The translations under genes were made by a program, and so were the position numbers. The notes beneath the pieces are model-generated. The model was not told the origin of the DNA. It did no database searches and was given only the letters and a program-made list of their open reading frames with translations. 64,000 bases of DNA, from contig NZ_JAQNDO010000001.1 of the NCBI RefSeq assembly GCF_028369105.1, positions 1,971,711 to 2,035,710 of the forward strand, in the 5' to 3' direction. The stretch comes from Polyangium mundeleinium. Its GTDB lineage: Bacteria; Myxococcota_A; Polyangia; Polyangiales; Polyangiaceae. Shown one piece after another: positions 1 through 10,500 of this stretch (positions are counted from its first letter, which is position 1; each line of letters begins with the position of its first letter).

Positions 1-1
1 T

Positions 2-1414
2 CTTCCCGTCGCGCTCGTTGTGGGGATGGCGACGCTGCCTTCATGCACGGACGAGGGGGAGGGCGGGTTCGGAGGAAACGGGGGAGCAGGCGCGACCGGC
101 GGCACGGGCGCCGCGGGCGGAATGGGCGGGATGGGCGGCGTCGGTGGAATGGGCGGCGTCGGTGGAATGGGCGGGATGGGCGGCGCCGGGGGCGCGGGCG
201 GCTCGATGGCCGCGCCCGACCTGGATACGAATCTGGAGTGGTACGGGCAGAACCGCGACGCGCTCGACAAGATGATCGACGAGGCCGGAGTGAACAGCCC
301 GTCCTACGATCCCACGCAGAAGCCCGTCGCGATTTTCGACTGGGACAACACGGTCATCAAGAACGACGTGGGGGATCTCGTGTTCTTCTGGCTCGTGAAG
401 AACGACAAGATCATGCAGCCGCCGAACAAGGATTGGCGCGCGACGAGCCGCTTCTTGACGAATGAAGCGCGAAACGCGCTGAGCGCGGCGTGTGGGGACC
501 TGGCCGACGCGGGGATGCCGCTGCCGACGAGCACGAACGCGGAATGCGCGGACGAGATCCTCGCCGTGTATACGACGGCGAAGACGGTGGACGCCAAGGC
601 GGCGTTCGAGGCCTGGAACTACCGCACGATGGAGCCGTCGTACGCCTGGGCCGCGCAGATGCAAGCGGGATACACGCCGGCCGAGATGAAGGCATTCGCG
701 AAGAGCGCGATCGAGGAGGGGCTCGCTGCGGCGGAGGGGTCGAAGCAGACGATCGGGACGATGTCGGTCAATGCCTACGTGCGGGTTTACGATCAGATCG
801 GGGATCTGATCGACGTGATGCAGAAGAACGGGCTCGACGTGTGGGTGATTTCGGCGTCACCGCAGCCGAACGTGGAGGCGTTCGCGGAGCGGGTGGCCGT
901 GGGCGCGGATCACGTGGTTGCGATCCGGAACCTGCTCGACGGGGCCGGGAAGCTCACGTACGACTTCGAGGGCTGTGGGTCGGTCGTGGATGGATCGGGC
1001 AGTGGGGGGAACCCGGTCGGCAATACGATGATCACGTACATCGAGGGCAAACGCTGCTGGATGAACAAGGTGATCTACGGGGTGACCGGCCCCGACGCCG
1101 AGAAGCCGAACGCGGACATGAAGAAACGTCCGGTGTTCGGCGCGGGCGATTCGGATACGGACATTTCGTTCCTACATGACGCGACGATGTTGAAGCTCGT
1201 GATCAACCGCAACAAGAACGAGATCATGTGCAACGCGTACGCGAACTACATGGACAAGTGGATCGTCAATCCGATGTTCATCCTGCCCAACCCGCAGAAG
1301 GCCGCGGCCTACCCGTGTGCGACGACCGGGTGCAAGGACGCGACGGGCGCCGGCGTGGCGTGCGTGAACGAGGCGGGTGAGGTGATCCCGGATCAGATGG
1401 ATACGGTGTTCTGA
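2..1414 (+). CDS. HAD-superfamily hydrolase-like lipoprotein with Gly-rich (GGMGG) N-terminal low-complexity region. The ORF is open to the window edge, so the 5' end is probably just upstream.
   Basis: HAD motif I 'IFDWDNTVIKNDVGD' and a 'GDSDTD' motif III-like element. Hydrophobic 'LPVALVVGMATLPSC' reads through the window start. Codon usage is typical of the host. Confidence 0.6.
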   Translation, partial: LPVALVVGMATLPSCTDEGEGGFGGNGGAGATGGTGAAGGMGGMGGVGGMGGVGGMGGMGGAGGAGGSMAAPDLDTNLEWYGQNRDALDKMIDEAGVNSPSYDPTQKPVAIFDWDNTVIKNDVGDLVFFWLVKNDKIMQPPNKDWRATSRFLTNEARNALSAACGDLADAGMPLPTSTNAECADEILAVYTTAKTVDAKAAFEAWNYRTMEPSYAWAAQMQAGYTPAEMKAFAKSAIEEGLAAAEGSKQTIGTMSVNAYVRVYDQIGDLIDVMQKNGLDVWVISASPQPNVEAFAERVAVGADHVVAIRNLLDGAGKLTYDFEGCGSVVDGSGSGGNPVGNTMITYIEGKRCWMNKVIYGVTGPDAEKPNADMKKRPVFGAGDSDTDISFLHDATMLKLVINRNKNEIMCNAYANYMDKWIVNPMFILPNPQKAAAYPCATTGCKDATGAGVACVNEAGEVIPDQMDTVF

Positions 1415-1427
1415 GCGCGGACGCGCG

Positions 1428-1460
1428 AGGGGAGGGCTCCACGCGGGGCCCTCCCCGGGC
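1428..1460. terminator. GC-rich hairpin (ggggagggc / gccctcccc) between convergent genes; probable bidirectional terminator.
   Basis: Perfect 9-bp inverted repeat with a 9-nt loop, immediately after the stops of both flanking convergent CDSs. Confidence 0.5.
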
Positions 1461-1462
1461 GT

Positions 1463-2461
1463 TCAAGGGTTTCGCACGCAACGAAAGCCGAGCCCGGGGA
1501 CCTCGTAGGTATGAATGGCGGCGCCACGGAAGGACGCCTGGATGCCGAGGTTCGATCGATTCCAGCCGCCCCCGCGCACGACGTGCACGAGCACGCCGGG
1601 CTTCTGCACGTGGGGATCCGTGACCGGGTCGGCGCCATATTTGGCGTACGTGTCGTCGCACCACTCCCATACGTTGCCCGCGAGGTCGTGGAGCGTGCCG
1701 GTGGGCCAGGTGCGGTCGCCCTTCGGATGGGAACGAACGGGCGAGGTGCCGCCGCCATGGCAGCCGGAGTCGCCGCCGGGCGAGACGAGGACACCCATCG
1801 TGAAATCGGCGTGCTCGCAGGTGGGCTCGTCGTTGCCCCAGGGCCATTTGCGTCCGTCGCCGCCGGTCGCCGCCCATTCCCATTGCGCCTCGGTGGGGAG
1901 GTCTTTCCCCTGGGCCTTGCAATACTTCTTGGCCTTGTCCCAGGAGACCTCGTTGGCCGGATGATCGGGGCGGCGAGGATAATTCGCCCATACCTCGAGC
2001 GTCTTCGGCGGAGCGCAGGCCTTCGCGTCGACGCATGTCTTCATCGCCGCGACGGTGACCTCGGTCTCGTCCATGCAAAACGGGCGGGTGAGGACGACGC
2101 GGTGCGGGCGATCGGAGTCGGGCTGATGTCCCTTGCGGAGGCGGCGCGCGCCGCCATTCAAGGTAAATCCTTTGCCCATGACGAACCCGTCCGGACCGGT
2201 CTTCGGGATGTAAACCTCACCCGCGGGGCAATGCGGGACGCACGCGCCCGTGGCCTCGTCGCAGCGCTCGATCGAGGCGCAGGCGACGGCGGCACAGCGG
2301 GACGGTTCGGGCGGCGGCGCAGCCGAGGGGAGGGGCGTGGGCGCAGGCGTCAACGAGGCCGCAGATGCGGGCGGGGAGGGCGCGGGTGATGCGTCCGGGG
2401 AGGAGCAGGCGGCGGCCCCGAGGAAGAGGGCCGCCGCAGAGGGGAGCAGGCGCGAGGCCAA
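1463..2461 (-). CDS. Formylglycine-generating-enzyme (FGE-sulfatase/SUMF1) domain lipoprotein.
   Basis: Signal/lipobox 'LFLGAAACSS'. C-terminal 'GNVWEWC...RGGSW...GFRCV' motifs are characteristic of the FGE-sulfatase family. Confidence 0.8.
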   Translation of the reverse strand: MASRLLPSAAALFLGAAACSSPDASPAPSPPASAASLTPAPTPLPSAAPPPEPSRCAAVACASIERCDEATGACVPHCPAGEVYIPKTGPDGFVMGKGFTLNGGARRLRKGHQPDSDRPHRVVLTRPFCMDETEVTVAAMKTCVDAKACAPPKTLEVWANYPRRPDHPANEVSWDKAKKYCKAQGKDLPTEAQWEWAATGGDGRKWPWGNDEPTCEHADFTMGVLVSPGGDSGCHGGGTSPVRSHPKGDRTWPTGTLHDLAGNVWEWCDDTYAKYGADPVTDPHVQKPGVLVHVVRGGGWNRSNLGIQASFRGAAIHTYEVPGLGFRCVRNP

Positions 2462-2471
2462 GCGCCTGGGA

Positions 2472-5400
2472 TCAGTCGAGGCCGAGGCGCGCGCGTGCGT
2501 CGGCGTAGGCGTCGCTCACCGAGAAGACGATGAGCTCGCGCGCCTCGGCGTTGCGGCCGATCCAGGTGAGGCGCTCCTTGCCGGACGCCGGAGGCTGGTT
2601 CGTGTGGCCGCCGGCCCAGGCGATGCCCGTGAGCGCGATGTTGGGATCCCCGACCGCGAGCAGGCCCGCGCGTGCGCCCCAGCCGTTCACCGCGGTGTTG
2701 AGGGTCGAGGCGCGGTTGCCGATGTTGGCGATGACGTCGGTCGCGAGCGTGCGCACCTGGGGATCGAGGCTCCCCGGGAGCGCCTTCGCGACGCGCGTCG
2801 AGGCGTCGTTGAGCTTGGCCGGGTCGACCCCTTGCGGGGCAAACCCAGGGCTCAACGCCTTGAGGTACGCGGCGAGCAGCGGCCAGAGGTCGATCGGCGC
2901 GGTGCGCGCGAAGGCCGTGGCGTTCGCCTGGACGACCTTGAGCGCGCGGTGGACGAGGAACGAGCGAACCGCCTCGTTCGTCGCGGCCACGAGCGGCGCG
3001 CCGAGAACGATCGTCGGCGGATGCGCGCTCGCGGCGACGCACACCGAGCCGAGCGTGGACGACTGCAGCACCTTGAGATCCTCGATCCCGTAGGCGCGAG
3101 CGAGCTCCTTGATCTCCTCGGCGAGGTGCGCCTGCGGGGGCGGGAAGGGCGTCGCGCGGACCGACGTGACGTCGAACGGCACGGCGGTGTCGAGCATCGG
3201 CCCGGTGCGCTGCAAGAGGTCGCGGAACGCAGGCGTCATCACGTCGGGAGCGATGAGCTCGTCGAGCGAGATGTCGGCCGCCGCCACGCCCGCGCCCGCG
3301 AGCTCGACCGCGCCGCCGTCGAGGGCCGACACGCTGCCACGCGCGATGCGCGCGACCTCGGGACGGCCGCGCAGATCGGCGACGGTCGCGACGGTGCTGA
3401 AGAGGTACGGCTCGAAGCGACCGGTGCCGAGCGCGCGCCGCGCGTCGGCGACGGCACGATCGAGCAGCACGTTCGCGGCCTGCGCTTGATCGGTGCGCTG
3501 GTAGAAACTCGCGAGCGCGCCGAGCGCGACGTCGTCCTTGGGCCAGGTCTTGCGCGCCTGGAGCAAGGTCTGCTCGGCCTTCTTGAGGTCGCCCATCGCC
3601 TCGTAGATCTCGGCGAGCTGCGTCGTGCGGCGGCACTTCGCCTCGGGCTCCTCGACGTTGTTGATGAGGATCGTCTGCTGCTCGAGGGCCTTCGCCGTAT
3701 CGCCGAGGTTCTTGTAGAGATCGACGAGGCGTTCACGCGCGGCCTCGTTGTTCGCGAAGCGCTTCAAGACCTCCTGGTAGGAGAGCTCGGCGCGCTCGGC
3801 GTTCGGCAGCGGGCCGTTGTAGAGGTCGCCGAGGCGCATGTAGAGCTCGGCCTGGCGCTCGGGCTCCGCGACGAGGCGCGCGAGCCGGATCCAGGCCTGC
3901 TCCGCGCCGCCCCAGTCGTCTTCCTTCGCGCAGACGTCGGCGAACGCCGTCAGAGCCTCGACGTGGTCGGGGTTTTGATCGAGCGCCGCCGCGAGGGCCT
4001 GCTTCGCCGCTGCCGCGTCGCCGACATCGGCGAGCGCGCGGCCACGCAGGACCTCCATCTCGACACGCTCGGCCGGATCCGTGACGGCATCGAGGCGACG
4101 TTCGAGGAGCGCCGCGAGCTCGGCCCGCGCGCCGCTGGCGACGTAGATCGCCTGCAAGCGCTGGAAGACGTCGAGGTACGAGGGATCGACCGCGAAGACG
4201 CTCTCAAAGGCGCTCCGCGCTCGCTCGGTCTCGCTCGTCTTGTCGGCCCAGAGCACAGCCGCGAGGTAGAGGTTGCGCACGCGCTCCTCGGCCGTCGCGC
4301 TGGTCTGCGCGGCTGCTTCGAGCGCGGTCGCAGCGCCCACCGCGTCGCCGCTCTGCTCGAGGGCGCGGGCCCGTTCGAGATGCACCACGAGGTGACCCGG
4401 GACGAGCTCGATCGCCTTGTCGAGCAGCTCGCGGGCCTTCTCGGGTTGACCCGCGCGCGCCGCGGATTCGGCCGCGCGCAGCGAGAGCGTGGCGATCTCG
4501 GAGGCGCGCTCGGTGCGGTTCGCGAGCTCGAGGTCGACCTCGAGCGCCGTCGCCTCGTCGCCACGCGCGCGGGCATGCGCCGCCATCTGGCGGAGCGCCC
4601 AGAGCCCGCGAGGCTCGTTGCGATAGGCGATCTCGACCGGCTCGCGCGTCTCGTCCCAGCCGTGAATGCGGAGGCGGAGGCGCGCGGAGAGGTGCGCGTG
4701 CGCGATGGCCTCGGGGCCTTCGAGCGTCCTCGCGAGCGTGAAGACGACCGGCTCGAGCTCCTCGTCGCGGCCGCCCGCGATGAGGGCGCTCGCGACGCGG
4801 CGGAGCGTCGGCAGGTGCGTGGGCGTCTCTTCGAGGATCGTGCGGCGCCAGAGCAGGCCGCTCGCCGCGTCGCCACGGCCGACCTCGTCGAGCTCGGCGA
4901 GGCGCTCGTACGCCTGCAGGCGCTCGACGGCATCCTCCGTCGCGCGGGCGTACTGCAAGAGGCCGTCGACGAGATCACTCGTGCCATGGCCTGCGAGCGC
5001 GGCGCGGAACGCGCAGAGCGGCGCGAGCAGCGTCTCGCCCGCAGCGATGGCTTGCCGCGCGAGGGCCGCGGCCTTCTCGAGGTCGCCGTCGCGCTCGAAC
5101 TCGAGCGCGGCTTCGAGCGAGAAGCGCGCGGCGTCGGGGCCCGTGGAGGCCGCGGCGCGCTCGGCACGCCAGGACGCACGATCCGCGGGGCGCTCCGGCG
5201 AGAGGCGCTCGTAGAGCTCCCGCAGCCCGATGTCGTCGGGCCGCGCCGTGAGCGCCTGCGCGAGCAGGCGCGCCCCGTGCGCGGCGCCTTCCGGCGTGAT
5301 GAGCGCCTCGCGCACGAAGTCGCGGGCCTGCTCGATCGGATCCTCGCTCGCCTGACGGCGGAGGTGGAGCCACTCGATGAGGCCGTCGCGATCGCCCACG

Positions 5401-7516
5401 CCGCGCGCCGTGCGCTCGCCGAGGTGCACGGAGAGCGGGAGGCGCGCGTCGATCTCGGCCGCGCCGCGGAGGAGTTTGTCGCGCTCGTCGTCGATCGAGG
5501 TGTCGGGCACCTCGACTTCGAGCAAGCGGATCGCCGCCTCCGTGAGCAGGAGCGCGGCGCGCGTGCCCGGCTCGATCGACTGCGCGAGGCCGGCGAGGAC
5601 GCTCGACGCGGTCGTGGCGTCGGCGCCGGTCGCGCGAGCGCGCGTGGCGCCTTCGTGGGCCGGGTCGGACTGGCGGGCGCGATCGTACCCCTCGGCTGCG
5701 AGCTCTGCGTCGCCCGCGAGCTCGGCGAGGAGCGCGCTCGCGAGCGCGCTGTCGCGGTCCCCGTCCTCGGCGCCGCGCCACGCGGCGACGGCGCGCGCGA
5801 CGTTTGCGCCGGCCTTCGACTCGAGGTCGAGCTCGAGCTTCAGCGCGCGACCCGTGCCGCTATCGGCGGCGTACTCGGTGTAGCCGAGGATCGCCGCGGC
5901 GAGGGCGTCGCTCTCGCCGAGGGGTTTGCCGTCGGGACGCGCGTCGGCGAGGGCACGGCCGAGCGACGCGGAGGCGCGTGCGCTCGGGCTGCCAGCGCCG
6001 ATGACGCTGGTCGAAAGCGCGTCGGCCTCGCGGGAGGCCGCGCTCGCCGCGGCGAGCAACGGCGCGAGCTCGTCGTCGCCTGCGGCCGCTTCGACGGCCT
6101 GCTCGAAGAGCTCACGCGAGCCTCCGGTGAGCGCCGTCAAGGAGAGGCGGTCGGCAGCCGAGAACGCGATCGTGTCGCTGCCTTCGACGGCCGCGCGTGC
6201 TGCGGCGGCGTCGCCGAGCTCGATCGCGCGGGCCGCGAGGGCGCGCCGCGCGTCGGCGTCGTGCGTGCCGTCGAGTGCGCCGCGCAGGGCCTCGATCGAG
6301 CCCGGACGCGTGTCCTTGCGCGCGGCCGCGAGCATGCCCGCGAGCCAGCCCGCGCCGCCCTTGAGGGAGGCGGTGCTGCGCAGGCGCCCGAGGCTCGACA
6401 CCGCGAGGGACACGTCGCCCGCTTCGAGCGCGGCGCGCGCGCGTAGCAGCGCGTCGTACGCGGAGACGACGCCGCGGAGGCCACGCGGCACCACGCCGCG
6501 GTGGATCGCGACCTGCGTGAACGCGTCGCGCAGCGCCGAGAGCTCGTTCGCCTCCGGCGCGCGCACCCTCGTGAATGTGTCGTCCGCCGTGCCGAGCGCC
6601 TCGCAGAAGCGCTGCACGTGCGGGCGCGGATCCGAGGTGAGCGAGCGTTGCGCCAGATCCATGTACTTCTGCGCGCCCTCCTCGTCCTCCTGGCGGACCC
6701 GCAGGACCTCGGCGCCGAGCACGGCCGCGTGGGCGCGCGCGTCCGGCGTCGGCGCGATGCGCGCCTCGGTGTCGAGCACCTCGAGCGTGCCTTGCCAGTC
6801 CTGATCCCGCGCGAGCAAGCCGCGGAGCTGGCGATGCGCGAGCGGAGAGCTCGGCGCGAGCTCGCGCGCCTCGGCCGCGATCGCGCGCGCCGTCTGCTCC
6901 TCGCCTGCCATCACGTAGATCTCGGACACCGCCACGAGCGCTCGCGCGCGCGCGGCCTTGTCCTCCATCGCCTCCGCTTCGGCGCGCAGCCACGCGGCCC
7001 GCTCGGCCCATGCGTCACGCTGCTGCGTGCGCACGAGGTGCGCGCTCGCGTCCTGCTCGTCGTCGAACTTGGGCGCTCCCGCGACGGGCGCGCGCTCGCG
7101 ACGCGACGGCGCCACGGGGACATCGTCCACGGGCTCCGCCTCGGCCACGACCGCGGCCACCGGCGTCTCCTCGACCGCAGGCCCTGCGGGCGTGACCGCG
7201 TCGTGGGCGATCTCCTCCACGGAAGGCGGCACCTTCGTCTCCTCGACGAGGGCCTCCACCAGCCCGTCTTCCTCGGGCGGCACCGTGGGCATCTCGTCCC
7301 GCTCCCGCGCGTCCTCTTTCATACGCGCGCTCACCTCGCCAATCTCGGGCTCGTTGCGGGCGCCCCGCAGCGACTGCATCAGCTCGTCGGGCACGTGCGC
7401 CATGATGGTCGCCGCGTCGTCATCGTCGTCGTCGACAATCGCGTCCTCTGCGAGGTCGATCTCGTCTTCGGGCTCGCTCACGGGGCTTTGATCCTTTGCT
7501 CCAGAGTCGTCGCTCA
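2472..7516 (-). CDS. Giant tetratricopeptide-repeat (TPR) protein, about 1680 aa. Likely start is a GTG overlapping the stop of the upstream TPR gene (GTGA).
   Basis: Long ORF with dozens of TPR-like helical repeats and an acidic DDDDDD N-terminal tract. The listed ORF start at 7724 overlaps the upstream gene; the rc sequence 'cggTGAgcgac' gives a GTG start overlapping the TGA stop. Confidence 0.7.
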
Positions 7517-10500
7517 CCGGACACCCATGCCGAGCTTCTTGCGCAGCTCGAGGTAGCTGGGGGAAAGCACGAACGAGAGAAGGCGACGCGAGCGCTCGCT
7601 CTCGGTGACCACCGAGCCGAGCTGATCCCGCGGCACGCTCATGATGTCGCTCAGCACGATCGAGACGTCGCCGGCGGCGATCACCGCCATGCGATCCAGG
7701 CTGCGCCGTGCCGCGTTCGTCCACGCGCGCGCGTCCTGCTTGCTCGCCACGACCTTCTGGCAGACATCACCGATGCTCTTGCGGATCTTGCGCGAGATCT
7801 CCTTGTGCACCGCGCGCTGGATCTCGCCGTAGACCGCGTACCCGGGGTTCGCGACCTTGATGTCGACCTCGTTGCACGCCGCGATGACCACGGACGCGAC
7901 CGTGGCCTCGTCGCGTGTGCGGAGCGAGGTGATCCCGCGCCGCAGGGCGAAGACCGTCCGCGCGATGGCCGAGCGCGCCGCCGCGTCGAGCGGCGCTGTG
8001 ATCCCGGAGCCGATGACGATCGCGGGCACCTCGCCGGAGACGCCGTGCACGCCCTTCGGCTCGGAGCCGCCGACGTAGAGCTCGAAGTCACCCTCGAAGC
8101 CCACCGCGCCCATCCACTCGGCGACCGCCACGCGCAGCGGATGGCCGCCGCGTGAGTCGATGCGCTCCTTCTTGCCGACGTTCAGCGAGCCGAGCGTCGG
8201 GCCGAGCGCGAGCGTCACCGTCTCGGCCATGAGCACGAAGAGCTCCGCGATCGGGCCGTTGTCCTCCGGATCGGCGATCTCGGCCATGGCCTTCGCGTCG
8301 AGCACGATCTGAGGCCGCGTCGCGACGCGACCGTCGATCCGTTTGAGCTCCGTCGAGATCGCATCGTCGTCGCGGCCGAGCGAGACCAGGCAGCCGAGCG
8401 TCGCCTGCCGGAGCGCCGCGTCCTGCCCGGCCTGCGCGATCTTCGCGAGCCGCTCGACGCGGTCGGCGTCGCACGGATCCTCGGAGAGCTTCTGCACGAG
8501 CACGGACTTCGCGCGGCCGAGCAGGCGCTGGCGGAGCGACGCGTCGTAGCTCGTGGTGAGCACGAGATCGAGCGCCTCGCCGTCGTCCGGCGACTCGTCG
8601 AGCAGCTTCACGACCGAGGCCTCGGCCTTCAGCGGCTCGTTGATCTTGTCGCGCCAGATGGCCATCGAGAGCCGCGCGGCCTCCATGCGCCCCTCGCGCT
8701 TCTCACGCTCCTGCATGAGCTGCTCGAGGATCGCCGTCGCGCGCGACCAGGCGCCCGTCTTTGCCGCGACGCGCGCGAGGCGCTCGCGCACGGGCGGCGT
8801 GGACAGGCCTGCCTCGTGGAGACCCACGAGCACCTTGAGCGCCTTCTCCGGGGCGTTCAGCTTGTTCTCGTAGATGTCCACCGCCGCGACGCCGGACATC
8901 AGCCGCTGCTGCGCTGGCGCCTCGCCGATGCCCGAGAGCCGGCCGAGCAGATCCGCCGCCTCGGCGAACTTGCCCATCGTGATCGAGATCTCGCCCGCGA
9001 GCGCGAGCGCGCCGACGTGGTCGGGCTCGAGCATCGTGACGTTCTCGAGCGCCGAGAGCGCGCCCTCGCGATCGCCCTTCTTGCGGAGCACGCGCGCGCG
9101 CTCCCAGAAGAGCTTGCCGATCTCCGCCTCGTCGTCGGCGACGTCGAGGCGACGCCCGATGATGTCGAGCAGCTTGTCGTCCTCGTTGCGCGAACGTACG
9201 CGGCGGAAGAGTTTGTCGAAGGCGATGCTGCGGCTCGGATCCCGATCGAACGCACGGGCGAACGCGATCTCCGCGTCGTCGTGCGCGTCGGTGTGCTCGA
9301 GCAGGATGACGCCCGCGGACTCCCAGAACGCCGCGCCGCGCCCGTCGTCCTTGCTGAGGGCGCCGAGCTGCGCGAGCGAAAGCGCCGTGGAGACGTGGTC
9401 GCCGAGCGCCTCGCTCGCGGCGCGCACGCCTTCCCACGACACGATGTCGTCCTGGCGACGCTCGACGGCCGCGCGGAAGGTGGCGAGCGCCGCCTCCACG
9501 TTGCCCGCCGCGAGCTCCGACCAGCCCGAGAGCGCCGATGCGTCGCTCCCCGCCTCCTCGCCGAGCGCCCCGCCCACGTTTTGCAGGGCGAACGCGCGCC
9601 GGCGTGGATCGCAGCCGGGCATCGCGAGCTCCAGGTTCCCGAGGCGCGTCGCGTCCGACGTGCCGGCGAGCAAGGGCTGCGGCGTGTTCGGCTGATCGAG
9701 CATCGCCACGAGCGCGGCCGACGCTTCCATCGCCGACCACGGCTCGTCGTCGAGGAACGAGCCCACCGCGCGGCGCGCGGCCACCTCGGCCTCGCGATCC
9801 TTTGCAGTGAGCGACGCGCTGAGCCACTCGAGCGCGGCGTAGAGCTTCGGCTCCGCGTCCGCCCAGGCCGCCGCGCGCGACACCGCCGCGCCCGGGTCCT
9901 GATCGACCACGCGCGCCAGCCGGTACGCCTCGGCGCGGGCGATCGCCGTCGCCTCGTCGCCCTGATCCTCCAGCCGATCGAGCGCGCGATCGATCGCCGC
10001 CCGGTCACTCTGCGCATCAGGCCACGTCAGACGCGCGAGCCCCGCGGCGACCGTGATGTCGCCCGAGCCCTCGGCCTCCGCCGTCTCCAGCGCCGTGAGC
10101 GCCTCGGCGCGATCGCCCGCCTCGCCCTGGCCCACTTCCAGGCCGAAGCGCTCGATCGCGATGCTCGCCGGATCCGCGCCCGCCTCCGCGGCCGTGAGCA
10201 GCGCGCGGCGACGACCGTCGAGGCTGTCCGGATCGGCCCCGCGCAGCGCCCACGCGAGCAGCGCTGCGGCCGCCTTCGACGCGCTGCCACGCGCCTGCTC
10301 GATGAGCTCGATCGTCTTCTGCCGATCGCCGATCCGCCACGTGAGAAGCGCGGCTTCCAGGTAGAGCGCGGCGCCGAGCTCGATGTCCTCGGTCGTCGTC
10401 GCGCACGTCGACAGGATGTTCGACGCGGACGCGAGGTCCCCTGCGCGGCGCTCGAGCTCCGCGAGGAAGAGCGCGACCACCTCGTCCGACGGTGACGCCT

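Noticed and set aside
2250-6446. 1398-aa plus-strand ORF (and the 2350..3636 and 3950..5179 ORFs)
   Set aside because: Antisense to the giant TPR gene. The Arg/Ala/Gly-rich composition is typical of GC-driven shadow ORFs, and the minus-strand TPR protein has real repeat structure.
7681-8091. Small ORFs inside and antisense to the TPR genes, e.g., 7857..8078 and 8343..8549
   Set aside because: Short, low-complexity and fully overlapped by a strongly supported long CDS.
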